Below are positions 27,155-36,716 of a DNA stretch of 64,000 bases, in pieces. The stretch comes from Candidatus Poribacteria bacterium. Its GTDB lineage: Bacteria > Poribacteria > WGA-4E > WGA-3G. The stretch covers positions 3,527 to 67,526 of the forward strand of contig PYIY01000004.1 in the NCBI GenBank assembly GCA_003635195.1. The letters run 5' to 3'. The stretch's first letter is position 1, and each line of letters begins with the position of its first letter. The position numbers and the translations under genes are program-made. The notes under the pieces are model-generated. The model had not been told where the DNA came from. It made no database searches and saw only the letters and a program-made list of their open reading frames with translations.

Positions 27155-27627
27155 AGCACAATATGCAGTCAAACATTGACCCTATCATCATTCAGCAGTT
27201 GTTGACTGATGCGGAAAAAGACGGCGTGCAAAAACTGGTTGTGGGCGCGGTTATCTGTAAAAATCATAAGTTCCTGCTTCTGGAGCGGGTGCCATCTGAC
27301 TTTATGGGCGGGTTTGTTGAAATTCCAAGTGGTACCGTGGAGGATGGGGAAGCCCTACTTACAGCACTTGCTCGAGAAGTCCAAGAAGAGACGGGCCTTC
27401 TCGTAACGTCAGTCCTTGAATATCTCGGATCCTTTGATTTTAGATCCAGTTCCGGCAAGAAAACGAGACATTTCAACTTTCTTGTTGAGGTCGAGGTGAG
27501 TGAGATCAAACTGAGTCCTACCGAACACCAAGCATACTATTGGGTTGCGTTGTCCGATGCAGTGTTCACAACGCTTAACATCTCAGACGCTACCAAGTCG
27601 GTTCTCAAGACTGCGGTGCAACAATAA
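27151..27627 (+). CDS. NUDIX hydrolase
   Basis: Nudix box GTVEDGEALLTALAREVQEETGL. Confidence 0.93.
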   Translation: MKHNMQSNIDPIIIQQLLTDAEKDGVQKLVVGAVICKNHKFLLLERVPSDFMGGFVEIPSGTVEDGEALLTALAREVQEETGLLVTSVLEYLGSFDFRSSSGKKTRHFNFLVEVEVSEIKLSPTEHQAYYWVALSDAVFTTLNISDATKSVLKTAVQQ

Positions 27628-27645
27628 CGCGAGTACTTGGTCAGA

Positions 27646-28398
27646 TCAAAACTCGTATATGTCCTCACGACGTTTTGCGACCTTATATCGAACGAGTGCT
27701 TGAAGGTCCTCTGGCATTTGCGCAAAGGTTTCAGGAAAAACAGGTTGATGTCCACCTTCGCGCATCAAGTTCCACCATGCGGGATAATAAGCGATGTTCA
27801 ACGCCATGCGATGTTGGTCGTCGGTTGTGTTTGCACCCTGCCCGTGCCATGTCCCACCGTGCCACAATAGCACAGAACCCTGTCGTCCGCAAACAGGTAC
27901 AGGATGACTTTCTGCAATATCGGATTGCGTAGGTCTACGGCGTGCGCGATGACTAAACGGCACAACGAGCGTTGCGCCGTTCTCAACAGTAAAATCCGTT
28001 ATCATCCAGATTGAATTAATCATCCACGGGGTTTCAGGTAAGCGCGCTGGTAGATCATGTGTTGAATCAGAATGGATCCCGCCCTGCGGTGCACGCGGCT
28101 TGACCCATTTCGTGCACGCCTCGCCAAGTCGGGTACTATCACCGAGAAAATGGCGGACGACTTGTAGTACCTGTGGATGTGCGATGCACTCCCAACACAT
28201 CTCATCAAGGTTGATTACACCGAAAAGTGTTTGATACAATTCATCATTCGGATCTTGGAAAGCGGGACGATTCGCTGGGTCTTGATGAAGTTGGAAGTAT
28301 TTCTCCGCCATCGCGTCCGCCTGTGCTGCGGGTATCGCGTCCTCAATCAGACAATAACCGAATGTTTCGAGATGCTCTATTGCGTCTTGTTGTGCCAT
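27646..28398 (-). CDS. PhyH-family dioxygenase
   Basis: IHSD (HxD), DFTVENGATLVVPFSH and WHGQGAN motifs. Confidence 0.92.
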   Translation of the reverse strand: MAQQDAIEHLETFGYCLIEDAIPAAQADAMAEKYFQLHQDPANRPAFQDPNDELYQTLFGVINLDEMCWECIAHPQVLQVVRHFLGDSTRLGEACTKWVKPRAPQGGIHSDSTHDLPARLPETPWMINSIWMITDFTVENGATLVVPFSHRARRRPTQSDIAESHPVPVCGRQGSVLLWHGGTWHGQGANTTDDQHRMALNIAYYPAWWNLMREGGHQPVFPETFAQMPEDLQALVRYKVAKRREDIYEF

Positions 28399-29091
28399 TT
28401 ACTGAACTCCGTTTCTTTTCTTGTTACGAAATACCAACAAGAATCTGTTTTCTTCTATTTGCTCTACCTTTTCTAAAAGCAGATGTTTCTCAATGATGTA
28501 CCTGGCAAAGGCAATTGTCCAAAAGTACCATGGAGACGCGTACACACCTTTGTTAGGAATTGTACGGTTTCCTTCCATCAAACCGGTCTGGACATCGTAT
28601 CGCTCCGAAAGGGATTCCTCCCCCGCTCTCTTGACCAATTCATCGTGCATAATTACAACGAAAATACCATTGTCCGATAGGATCTCTTTAAGTTGAACGG
28701 TTAAACTCTCCAGTATCTGATATGATAAGTAGCCATTATTTTGAGGGAGAAAAGCGAGATCGAAAGAATTCTCCTTGTAAGGTAGCGCAGCGATATCCCC
28801 GATGTTAAATTGACATTGACTCTTTCTTCTATGTGCTACCTTTTTGGCGTGGAGGAGTGGAATCTCCGCGCAGTCAATACCTATCGCTATCGCACCCATA
28901 TCTTCCATAGCAAAAGTGAACCGTCCAGCATTGCAGCCTAAGTCTAATGTCCGCATGCCGGGTCTTATAAGTTTAGGCAGGTGGTTTTCGTATCTATTAA
29001 CGGCAAATTGTGATCTTGGATTATCGGGGTCAGTCGTGGGGTGGACACCCGCAGCGTTGTAATGTGTCTGAGTGGCATCAAATATGTTCAT
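28399..29091 (-). CDS. Class I SAM-dependent methyltransferase
   Basis: LDLGCNAG motif I and GDIAALPYKENSFD; GAAGGA RBS before ATG 29091. Confidence 0.88.
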   Translation of the reverse strand: MNIFDATQTHYNAAGVHPTTDPDNPRSQFAVNRYENHLPKLIRPGMRTLDLGCNAGRFTFAMEDMGAIAIGIDCAEIPLLHAKKVAHRRKSQCQFNIGDIAALPYKENSFDLAFLPQNNGYLSYQILESLTVQLKEILSDNGIFVVIMHDELVKRAGEESLSERYDVQTGLMEGNRTIPNKGVYASPWYFWTIAFARYIIEKHLLLEKVEQIEENRFLLVFRNKKRNGVQ

Positions 29092-29226
29092 GTATTTCGC
29101 TTCCTTCAAATATGGCTTGCATTGTCCGGTGCTATAGTGTAAATTAGTGGGATAAGATGTGTCAAACATTTTGCCATAATTCATCGCGTTAGACAAGAAA
29201 AAATTTACTGTGGAGGAGTTCCGCAA

Positions 29227-30291
29227 ATGCTATCAACCGAAAACATGGGTGGCGTTGTCGTCACGCCCAGCCAATTGAGTGAGATGCAGGCGGGTGATTA
29301 TATCTTACATGCTCGTGATGGTGTGCTGAACAAGGTTCCAGTGGAGAAAACCCGCATGCCTTTGGACCCACAAGCACATTATCAAGGATTAAATCTCGTT
29401 TTAACTCCCAGTAGGGTCATCTATGCAGTACAGCACACGATTTTCTCCAAGTCTACGGATAGCGGTAAAACTTGGGAACATCTCAACAGGAATCCGTCTA
29501 CTTTCGGTTTCAACGGATGGCTGCTGCAAGCCAATAGGCATGGGCAGCTTATTAACGTGAGCCAACACGGCGAAGAACAACCGACCACTGTTTGGATTTC
29601 TGATGATGAGGGTGAAACGTGGGAGCAGACGAGTGAAATTGATGCCGCGCCATTTCAGAAGACTGTTGCTGGTTCAAGTTTAACCCGACTCAGTGATGGG
29701 ACGCTTCTATTACCTATCAAAAGACGCGATGATCCGTTTGAGGAAGGCACGAACCCGACCTATGTTTTCGTTTCGGACGATGACGGATACACTTTTTCAA
29801 ACCGCTTCTTCTTGTCAGATTACGGCAATGAGGTCAATATTGCAGAGCTGTTCCCCGGGCAGCTGCTTGGGGTTATTCGTTACCAACCGGGACCACCGGA
29901 TCAACCGCATACGAACAAAACTGTTTTCCTTGCCGATTCAGTAGACAACGGTGAAACATGGAGGGATCTACGCCAATTGACGAGTGTACATGGACAATGC
30001 CACGGTGCTGCTGTTGGGCTTTCTAATAACCGTGCTGTTGTAGCGTACGATCACCGTTATCCACGAGAACTCGGCAGTGGTCGTGCGATGGTAAGCGAGG
30101 ACAACGGCAAAACTTGGTCGGATGAAGTCTACTATCTCTGTCATGGGCATGTCGCAGGCTTCCCACGGCACATTAGTTTAGATGGTGAAGAGATATTAAC
30201 TTTCATCGGTTCCTGTTACGGTGATGTGAGTAAATGGGAAAACGCTACAGGCAACTCACACTTCTGCATCATCCGGTGGCGACCGGTTTAG
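29227..30291 (+). CDS. Sialidase-family/BNR (Asp-box) repeat protein
   Basis: Five S.D.G.TW/F Asp-box motifs. Confidence 0.85.
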   Translation: MLSTENMGGVVVTPSQLSEMQAGDYILHARDGVLNKVPVEKTRMPLDPQAHYQGLNLVLTPSRVIYAVQHTIFSKSTDSGKTWEHLNRNPSTFGFNGWLLQANRHGQLINVSQHGEEQPTTVWISDDEGETWEQTSEIDAAPFQKTVAGSSLTRLSDGTLLLPIKRRDDPFEEGTNPTYVFVSDDDGYTFSNRFFLSDYGNEVNIAELFPGQLLGVIRYQPGPPDQPHTNKTVFLADSVDNGETWRDLRQLTSVHGQCHGAAVGLSNNRAVVAYDHRYPRELGSGRAMVSEDNGKTWSDEVYYLCHGHVAGFPRHISLDGEEILTFIGSCYGDVSKWENATGNSHFCIIRWRPV

Positions 30292-30301
30292 GACACAGAT
30301 T

Positions 30302-31426
30302 ATGAAAATCACGGGATTTGAGACGATACCCATACAAGGCCGCGCAATGGTTCTGAAAATGTTTACCGATGAAGGTTTGATCGGTTACGGTGAACCGATG
30401 AACTATGAACATTGGCGCGTTGTTGCGCAGGCTGTAGACGATATGGCGGAGTACCTTGTTGGCAAAGATCCACTACAAATCGAAGACCATTGGCAGGCGA
30501 TGTACAGATCAAGTTATAGTCGGAGTATGCCTGTATTGATCGGAGCATTAAGTGGCATTGAGATGGCAATGTGGGATGTATTCGGCAAAGTTGTCGGTCT
30601 ACCCGTCTGGAAGTTGCTGGGGGGTTCGGTGCGAAATCGGATTCGCGTCTATACGGGGATAGGTGGCACAACGCCTGATGAATGTGCAGAGAGTGCGAAA
30701 AAAGCAGTCGCGGCGGGATTCCGTGCTGTGAAAATGGGTGCTTCGCTGCAGCCTGTCCGATTTGTGGATACACCGAAAACGATTGATACAATGGTAGCCC
30801 GCGTAGCATCAGTGCGCGAAGCGGTGGGCGACGAAGTAGATATTGCGGTTGATTTGCACCGGCGATTAAGCCCAACAATGGCGATAATCCTCGTGAAAGA
30901 ATTAGAACCGTTCCGACTCTTATTCGCCGAAGAGCCGTGCCATCCAGAAAACAACGAACCCCTGTTGACTTTATCTAAGTCGACAACGGTGCCAATCGCG
31001 ACCGGTGAACGGCATTTGACCCGATGGGGTTTTCGAGAGATCATTGAACGTGAGATGTGCGCCATTTTACAACCCGATATCCGACACTGCGGTGGGATAT
31101 TGGAACTGAAAAAGATTTCAGGGATGGCAGAAATCCACAATATAGCAATTGCTCCGCACAACGCCGCGGGTCCTATTGGCGTTGCGGCATCGGTCCATGT
31201 CATGGCAACTGTGCCGAACTTGCTAATCTGTGAGGGTGGACACCGGCGTGGCGAAGGACTATTCTTGACCCCTCTGGTGTTCAAAGCCGGGTTTATTGAA
31301 CTGCCGACGGCTCCGGGACTTGGTGTAGATATGGATGACCCGGCTATCGAAGCGGTTCGAGATGAGACATTTCGGTTGCGTGGGATGTTCTGGCATTCAG
31401 ACGACGGGGCTTTCGCTGATTTCTAA
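30302..31426 (+). CDS. Galactonate dehydratase-like (mandelate racemase family)
   Basis: GYGEP, GFRAVKM, DLHRR, FAEEP, ATGER and APHN motifs. Confidence 0.88.
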   Translation: MKITGFETIPIQGRAMVLKMFTDEGLIGYGEPMNYEHWRVVAQAVDDMAEYLVGKDPLQIEDHWQAMYRSSYSRSMPVLIGALSGIEMAMWDVFGKVVGLPVWKLLGGSVRNRIRVYTGIGGTTPDECAESAKKAVAAGFRAVKMGASLQPVRFVDTPKTIDTMVARVASVREAVGDEVDIAVDLHRRLSPTMAIILVKELEPFRLLFAEEPCHPENNEPLLTLSKSTTVPIATGERHLTRWGFREIIEREMCAILQPDIRHCGGILELKKISGMAEIHNIAIAPHNAAGPIGVAASVHVMATVPNLLICEGGHRRGEGLFLTPLVFKAGFIELPTAPGLGVDMDDPAIEAVRDETFRLRGMFWHSDDGAFADF

Positions 31427-31434
31427 TTGCCTTG

Positions 31435-31713
31435 TTACGGCTTATTATCGCGATCAGTCGGACGTGTGGAGAGGTTGGTTTTCGGTGGGATGTCCCATGA
31501 GATGTATCCGCAACGGGGGCAGCACATTTCAAGTTCAACGAGATTTCTGACAGTTCCTGTTTTTTCGGGTTTCCGTCGGGTTTGACATTGCGGACATCGA
31601 ACAGCCCGGAATTCATCCACATCACTCTTGCCAAAATACGCCCCTATCTTAAACAAAATAAACAACACCATCACAATGAAGACACATACACCGCTAAAGA
31701 TAAGAAAAGACAT
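31435..31713 (-). CDS. Small membrane-anchored Zn-ribbon protein
   Basis: N-terminal TM helix followed by CPQC...CPRCG. Confidence 0.6.
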   Translation of the reverse strand: MSFLIFSGVCVFIVMVLFILFKIGAYFGKSDVDEFRAVRCPQCQTRRKPEKTGTVRNLVELEMCCPRCGYISWDIPPKTNLSTRPTDRDNKP

Positions 31714-31869
31714 TTTAAACTCGCGTCAAGCGTAAGATAGCGTTATCTGTTTAATAACGGGCTTGGTATAAGTTCCGCATTGCGCCTGCTTCGCAGTGAG
31801 AATATAATGCTGCTTGCACTCTGCAGAAATTAAACTTGCGTCAAACGTGAAAATAACTCCTACAATTCG

Positions 31870-32420
31870 TTAATCCAACAGTATGAGCGGTTTCACTGAT
31901 ACTTCATGATAGGTAGTTTCTGAAACAATGTCGGCGAAGAAGGGAGCAAAAAAAGCATCAGCAGAGTTCAAAAAATCTGGTAGATTGATGCCCATATAAT
32001 TTCCCTCCATATCGTCACATTCAGCGACAACTTGCCGTAATTTATCGCGTCCAGCAGTAGAAAGCGTACGCAACGGACGTAACATCCGCATGTGATACTT
32101 AATCAAAGACGCGGACACCTGAATTAACCCTTGAAGAAACAAGCGATACGTATCTTCTGCTTGATGCCACAATCCCTCCCACGCTTCATGTGCCTCCCAC
32201 CAATAAGCAAAATTGTAGAGATCTACACCGTAAAGGTAATCCTCGTTTTGTCGCCAGAGTTTCGGGGGCAGCGGTTCGGCATCGTGTGCCTCTTCCATCC
32301 CATAACTATGTCCGAGCGGATCCCGAATCGGATGCGGTGTGACACCGGGTATATGGCGATAGGGTGGAAACGGCTTTTGTGGGCAATATCGTTGCCAATT
32401 TTCATCAAAGGGTTCGGGTT
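31870..32420 (-). CDS. DUF309 domain protein (start uncertain)
   Basis: GVDLYNFAYWWEAHEAWEGLW and LQGLIQ; the frame stays open upstream of ATG 32298 through RYCPQKPFPPYRHIPGVTPHP. Confidence 0.8.
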
Positions 32421-32421
32421 G

Positions 32422-32670
32422 TTTTTTAATGATTCCTTGCGGTTAAACGACGGGATTTGTGCTCTGACGGTTTTCGCTTAAGGCCGCCCTCCACTTCGTT
32501 ACGGGTTAACGTTTTTGATGTTTTTTAATTATTCCTTGCGGTTAAACAACGTGCATCTGAGTTATGAAGTACGTTCCTTAAACCTGAAGAAATACCCAAG
32601 CAATACGCAGAATACGCAGAAACACCCAAGCAAAAACACCCCTCCACTTCGTTAGGGGCTAACGTTTCTT
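32422..32670 (-). repeat. Two tandem diverged copies of the ~105-bp repeat family
   Basis: Reverse complement reads AACATCAAAAACGTTAACCCGTAACGAAGTGGAGGG...CCGCAAGGAATCATTAAAAAA, matching the 19436 units. Confidence 0.85.
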
Positions 32671-32703
32671 CTGATTAATAGTACCTATAGCCTTAGGAGT
32701 ACC

Positions 32704-34083
32704 TTACACTCTGCCGACCCCGATGTAGTGGAAACCCGCAGCGCGTGCTTCTTCTGGCGAATACACGTTACGACCATCGATAAGAACTGGTGTCTTCATC
32801 TGCTTGGCGAGTCTACGGAGTTCGAGTTTGTGATAGGGTTCCCATTCGGTGACAAGCACCAGTGCGTCCGTGTCGTATGAAAGTGCGTATACATCTTCAA
32901 TGAAGAGCAATCTATTGTTATCTGTTTCGCCGTTTTCACCTAAGGCTTGGCGAGCATTTGGGATGGCAATTGGATCGTGTGCTCGGACAATGGCGCCCTC
33001 AGCAATCAATTCTCGGATAATGTCCAGTGCGGGTGCTTCGCGAACGTCATCCGTGTTTGGCTTGAACGCAAGCCCCAAGATACCGATGGTTTTGCCTTTG
33101 AGTGTTCTTAGTGTGTTTCGTAATTTTTCAACGATCCGCTCGCGTTGACGGAAGTTAACGGTACGCGCAGCTTCCGTGATTGACATCTTGTATCCAGATT
33201 GCGCTGCAACACCTAAAAGTGCGGCCGTGTCTTTCGGATAGCAGCTGCCGCCCCAACCGAGACCTGCCCGGAGAAATAGATGTCCGATGCGCGCATCAAG
33301 CCCGATCCCGCGTGCGACTTCCGTTACGTCCGCATCGACTTCCTCACAAAGCCCCGCAATCTCGTTGATAAAACTAATTTTAAGGGCGAGAAAGGTGTTT
33401 GCGGCGTATTTAATCATCTCGGCACTGTTTGGATCCGTAGTCATCATCGGTGGTAGATGGTAAGAGGCTGGACGTGGAAACTCGCTTGGTGGGTCAAATG
33501 TCTGTTCAAGGATCGGTTGATAGAGACGGCGTAATGTATCAACTGCTTCGTCACTGTTTGCGCCGACAACAATCCGATCCGGGTAGAACGCGCCTTGCAG
33601 TGCCAACCCCTCTTGCAAGAACTCAGGATTTGAAGCGATAGAAACGTTACCTCGGATGCCGCGTTCTGAAAAGACGTTTTCCACAACTTCAACAACACGC
33701 TGATTTGTCCCGATTGGAACTGTAGATTTGACAACAAGCGTATAATGTCTATCCGGTAAACAGACCTGTGCAATTTCCCTCGCTGCTTGTTCAACATGTC
33801 GTGTATCCGCTTCCCCGTTCTTCTTTGGTGGTGTTCCAACAGCAATCAGAATCAGTTCTGCTTCTGGAACAACTTCAGCCACATTTGGTGTGAAACGGAT
33901 CGTATGCCAAACTTCCTCAAGAAGGTTCTGGATGCCGGGTTCATGGATAGGGCTTTTTCCGTCGTGCAAAAGCGTTAATTTGCTTTCATCTTTATCTACT
34001 GCAGCGACATCATGATTAAGATAAGATAAAACTACCGCTGTAGTCAAACCGACGTATCCTGTGCCTATGATTGCAATTTTCAT
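32704..34083 (-). CDS. ugd: UDP-glucose/GDP-mannose dehydrogenase family protein
   Basis: GTGYVGL, KSTVPIGT, NPEFL, GGSCYPKD and FKPNTDDVRE motifs. Confidence 0.93.
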   Translation of the reverse strand: MKIAIIGTGYVGLTTAVVLSYLNHDVAAVDKDESKLTLLHDGKSPIHEPGIQNLLEEVWHTIRFTPNVAEVVPEAELILIAVGTPPKKNGEADTRHVEQAAREIAQVCLPDRHYTLVVKSTVPIGTNQRVVEVVENVFSERGIRGNVSIASNPEFLQEGLALQGAFYPDRIVVGANSDEAVDTLRRLYQPILEQTFDPPSEFPRPASYHLPPMMTTDPNSAEMIKYAANTFLALKISFINEIAGLCEEVDADVTEVARGIGLDARIGHLFLRAGLGWGGSCYPKDTAALLGVAAQSGYKMSITEAARTVNFRQRERIVEKLRNTLRTLKGKTIGILGLAFKPNTDDVREAPALDIIRELIAEGAIVRAHDPIAIPNARQALGENGETDNNRLLFIEDVYALSYDTDALVLVTEWEPYHKLELRRLAKQMKTPVLIDGRNVYSPEEARAAGFHYIGVGRV

Positions 34084-34094
34084 TCTTTGCTATT

Positions 34095-34317
34095 TTAGTC
34101 TCCTTGCGTGAGTTCAGCAATTTCAAGAACTCTTTGAAGTCGTTCGGTAGTTGGATCGTAGCCATAGTTAATCTGCCGCATCAATTCAAGGGCTGCCATA
34201 CGGGTCGAAGAAAGTTTTAGAATGCCAATATGCTTTATCAGCTTCATCGGCTTCTTCAAAAGAGGATAGCACAGAGAACGTCTCTTTATCTACTCTGAAA
34301 GTATCAATCGCTCGCAC
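34095..34317 (-). pseudogene. Frameshifted small gene plus overlapping 5' stub of a probable nucleotidyltransferase
   Basis: VDKETFSVLSSFEEADEADKAYWHSKT in one frame continues as RMAALELMRQINYGYDPTTERLQRVLEI in another; overlapping MATIQLPNDFKEFLKLLNS stub. Confidence 0.55.
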
Positions 34318-34335
34318 TGCTTTGGTACACCTCAC

Positions 34336-35355
34336 TCATTGGACCGCTGGTGGTTCAACCTTCTCCAACAATCTGTTGATAATATCCAGACTTGTGATAC
34401 CGTCGGCTTCTGCGTTGAAATTGGTCAAAATTCGATGTCGTAGCACAGGTGCTGCGACTGCCTTGATATCCTCATAAGCGACGTGATAGCGTCCGTGGAG
34501 AATCGCCCGTGCTTTTGCACCGAGAACAAGATATTGCGATGCTCTCGGTCCGGCCCCCCATTGTACCCAATCCTGAATAAAATCAAGCGCATCTGCCGTA
34601 GGACGCGTCTGTCGGTTCAATTCCACGGCATAGTCTACAATTGCTTCCGCAATTGGGACTTTCCGAACGACCTGCTGTATTTGTAGGACCTCTTCACCTG
34701 TGATAATAGCTTTTATCTCTGGTTCATAAGCTGCAGTTGTCGTCATCACGATCTCTTTTTCGGCATCTTTGTCGGGGTAATCAATTGTGATATGGAACAT
34801 AAACCGGTCAAGTTGTGCTTCTGGTAACGGGTAAGTCCCTTCTTGTTCGATAGGATTCTGCGTTGCTAAGACGAAAAATGGACGTTCCAATGCGTATGTT
34901 CTGCCGCCTGCTGTGACTTTGTACTCTTGCATGGCTTGTAAGAGGGCGGCTTGTGTTTTAGGTGGCGTTCGGTTGATCTCATCAGCGAGGACGATGTTCG
35001 CAAATACTGGCCCCTTGATAAAGCGGAAGGCACGTTTCCCGGCATCGCCTTCCTCAATAATATCAGTGCCGATGATATCGGAGGGCATGAGGTCCGGTGT
35101 AAATTGGATGCGATTGAAAGGAAGTTCGAGAATCTGCGCGAATGTGCTAATTAGCAGCGTTTTCGCTAACCCTGGCACCCCCACCAACAAGCAGTGCCCC
35201 TGCGAGAAGAGTGCGATGAGGAGTTGCTCGATGACTTCGTTTTGACCGATGATTCGCTTTTTGAGTTCTGTTAAAATGTTATCTCTTGCCGTTTTTAGCG
35301 TTTCGGCGGCTTCCATAGCAGTTGCGGTTTGCGTAGTTTGTGTATGATTTTCCAT
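34336..35355 (-). CDS. MoxR family AAA+ ATPase
   Basis: GVPGLAKT, RIQFTPDLMPSD, DEINRTPPKTQ and ATQNPIEQEGTYPLPEAQLDRF. Confidence 0.95.
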   Translation of the reverse strand: MENHTQTTQTATAMEAAETLKTARDNILTELKKRIIGQNEVIEQLLIALFSQGHCLLVGVPGLAKTLLISTFAQILELPFNRIQFTPDLMPSDIIGTDIIEEGDAGKRAFRFIKGPVFANIVLADEINRTPPKTQAALLQAMQEYKVTAGGRTYALERPFFVLATQNPIEQEGTYPLPEAQLDRFMFHITIDYPDKDAEKEIVMTTTAAYEPEIKAIITGEEVLQIQQVVRKVPIAEAIVDYAVELNRQTRPTADALDFIQDWVQWGAGPRASQYLVLGAKARAILHGRYHVAYEDIKAVAAPVLRHRILTNFNAEADGITSLDIINRLLEKVEPPAVQ

Positions 35356-35365
35356 ATTTTTGGGT

Positions 35366-36424
35366 TTAATCGTTTGAGACTTTCCACATTTGAAGTCCGT
35401 CGAAATCAAAGTTAACATCAATGATCCGCGCGCCTGCGTCTTCAAGTTTTTGGCGGACGCGGTGTTCGCGTGTTGGTTCACAATAAAATAGGAGGCATCC
35501 ACCGCCGCCTGCGCCACATGCTTTTCCACCGGTTGCGCCATTCGTCATGGCGATTTTAAAGAGGTGATCGATCTGCTCATTTGTGACAGACGGGTGCAGC
35601 TTTTTCTGGTTATTCCAATTTTCGGTGAGAAGTTCACCGAATTCCGTCAAACGCCCTCGCATGAGTGCCGTTTTGGTTGCTTCGGCAGTGGCTTTGAGGG
35701 CTTCCAGTGCGTTTCGAACACTCGGTTCTTCGCTCTTGTATGCCTCCGTCACGTTCTGATGGATATTACCGGAAAGTCGGGGTTGCCCGGTGTAGCAGAG
35801 TACAAGGTTTTTTTCAAGTTCATAGCGAATATGGGGTGGGAATTTTAATGGCGAGGTTTTTACCTCTTCGTCTTGGAACTCCATAAAATGGATGCCGCCG
35901 AGCGCACTGGCATAATGGTCCTGTTTCCCGCCGAGTATTCCAAGTTCGTGCCGTTCAATAGTACTTGCGAGCTCGGCATATTCATAGGGGAGATAAGTTG
36001 CTTCCTTAAGCGCGCCAAGTACACCGACGAGAGCCACCCCCATTGATGCGGAAGTGCCTAATCCGCTGCCTGGGGGGGCGGTGGACTGTGTGATGAGATC
36101 AAATCCGCCAATCTGTATGGACATTCGGCGTACAGCCGCCTTTACTAAGTCAATGTTTCCGTCATATTCAAGTTGACGTATATCATCTGCTTCAATAAAG
36201 GTGTCAAAATCCGCGGAGTAGATACGAATGCTTTTATCCAAAATCCGCTGTAGTTCAACAGAGTCGTCTTGTCCTGTCTGTCGTTCACATCGGAGGGTTG
36301 CATAAGCGTATCGATTAATGGCCCCATTAACGACGAGCCCCTTTGAACGTTCGGTGAAGAGGGCAACGTCGCTCCACCCGCCAGCGAAATCAATGCGGAC
36401 TGGGGCTCTCGTTCGGATTAACAT
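35366..36424 (-). CDS. GHMP sugar kinase (HddA/heptose-7-phosphate kinase-like)
   Basis: RAPVRIDFAGG.SD, PPGSGLGTS, GGKQD and GAGGGG motifs. Confidence 0.9.
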   Translation of the reverse strand: MLIRTRAPVRIDFAGGWSDVALFTERSKGLVVNGAINRYAYATLRCERQTGQDDSVELQRILDKSIRIYSADFDTFIEADDIRQLEYDGNIDLVKAAVRRMSIQIGGFDLITQSTAPPGSGLGTSASMGVALVGVLGALKEATYLPYEYAELASTIERHELGILGGKQDHYASALGGIHFMEFQDEEVKTSPLKFPPHIRYELEKNLVLCYTGQPRLSGNIHQNVTEAYKSEEPSVRNALEALKATAEATKTALMRGRLTEFGELLTENWNNQKKLHPSVTNEQIDHLFKIAMTNGATGGKACGAGGGGCLLFYCEPTREHRVRQKLEDAGARIIDVNFDFDGLQMWKVSND

Positions 36425-36632
36425 GACAGTCTCCTGACATCAGTTTTTAACGAACGCGCTTGCAAAGCGTGCCTGGAAGCGATGCGGACAAAAAGTTGGA
36501 AAGGGTACCTACAAGTCATGCAAGCGAAAATTGGTGCTGGTGATTGCAGGTAATAGCACCGTGTTGAAATCCGTTGCAAAGGCGGTCTCTATGGCAGAGA
36601 TCTGCCGAGACTTTTACTGATGGGTTTAACAT

Positions 36633-36689
36633 GGAAAAGCCGCAGCCATCCCTCTGTGTAGAAACGAGACACAGCCTCGCGGCTTTTCC
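36633..36689. terminator. Long hairpin downstream of HU (terminator or processing stem)
   Basis: GGAAAAGCCGC (36633-36643) / GCGGCTTTTCC (36679-36689), perfect 11-bp stem. Confidence 0.5.
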
Positions 36690-36716
36690 AAGAAACTGAG
36701 CGAAAAACCGCTGATC

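Noticed and set aside
35356-35541. N-terminal extension of MoxR in the ORF track (similar extensions for HU, BrnA, BrnT, the methyltransferase and the LamG gene)
   Set aside because: They overlap neighbouring genes or lack an RBS; downstream starts fit the family N-termini better
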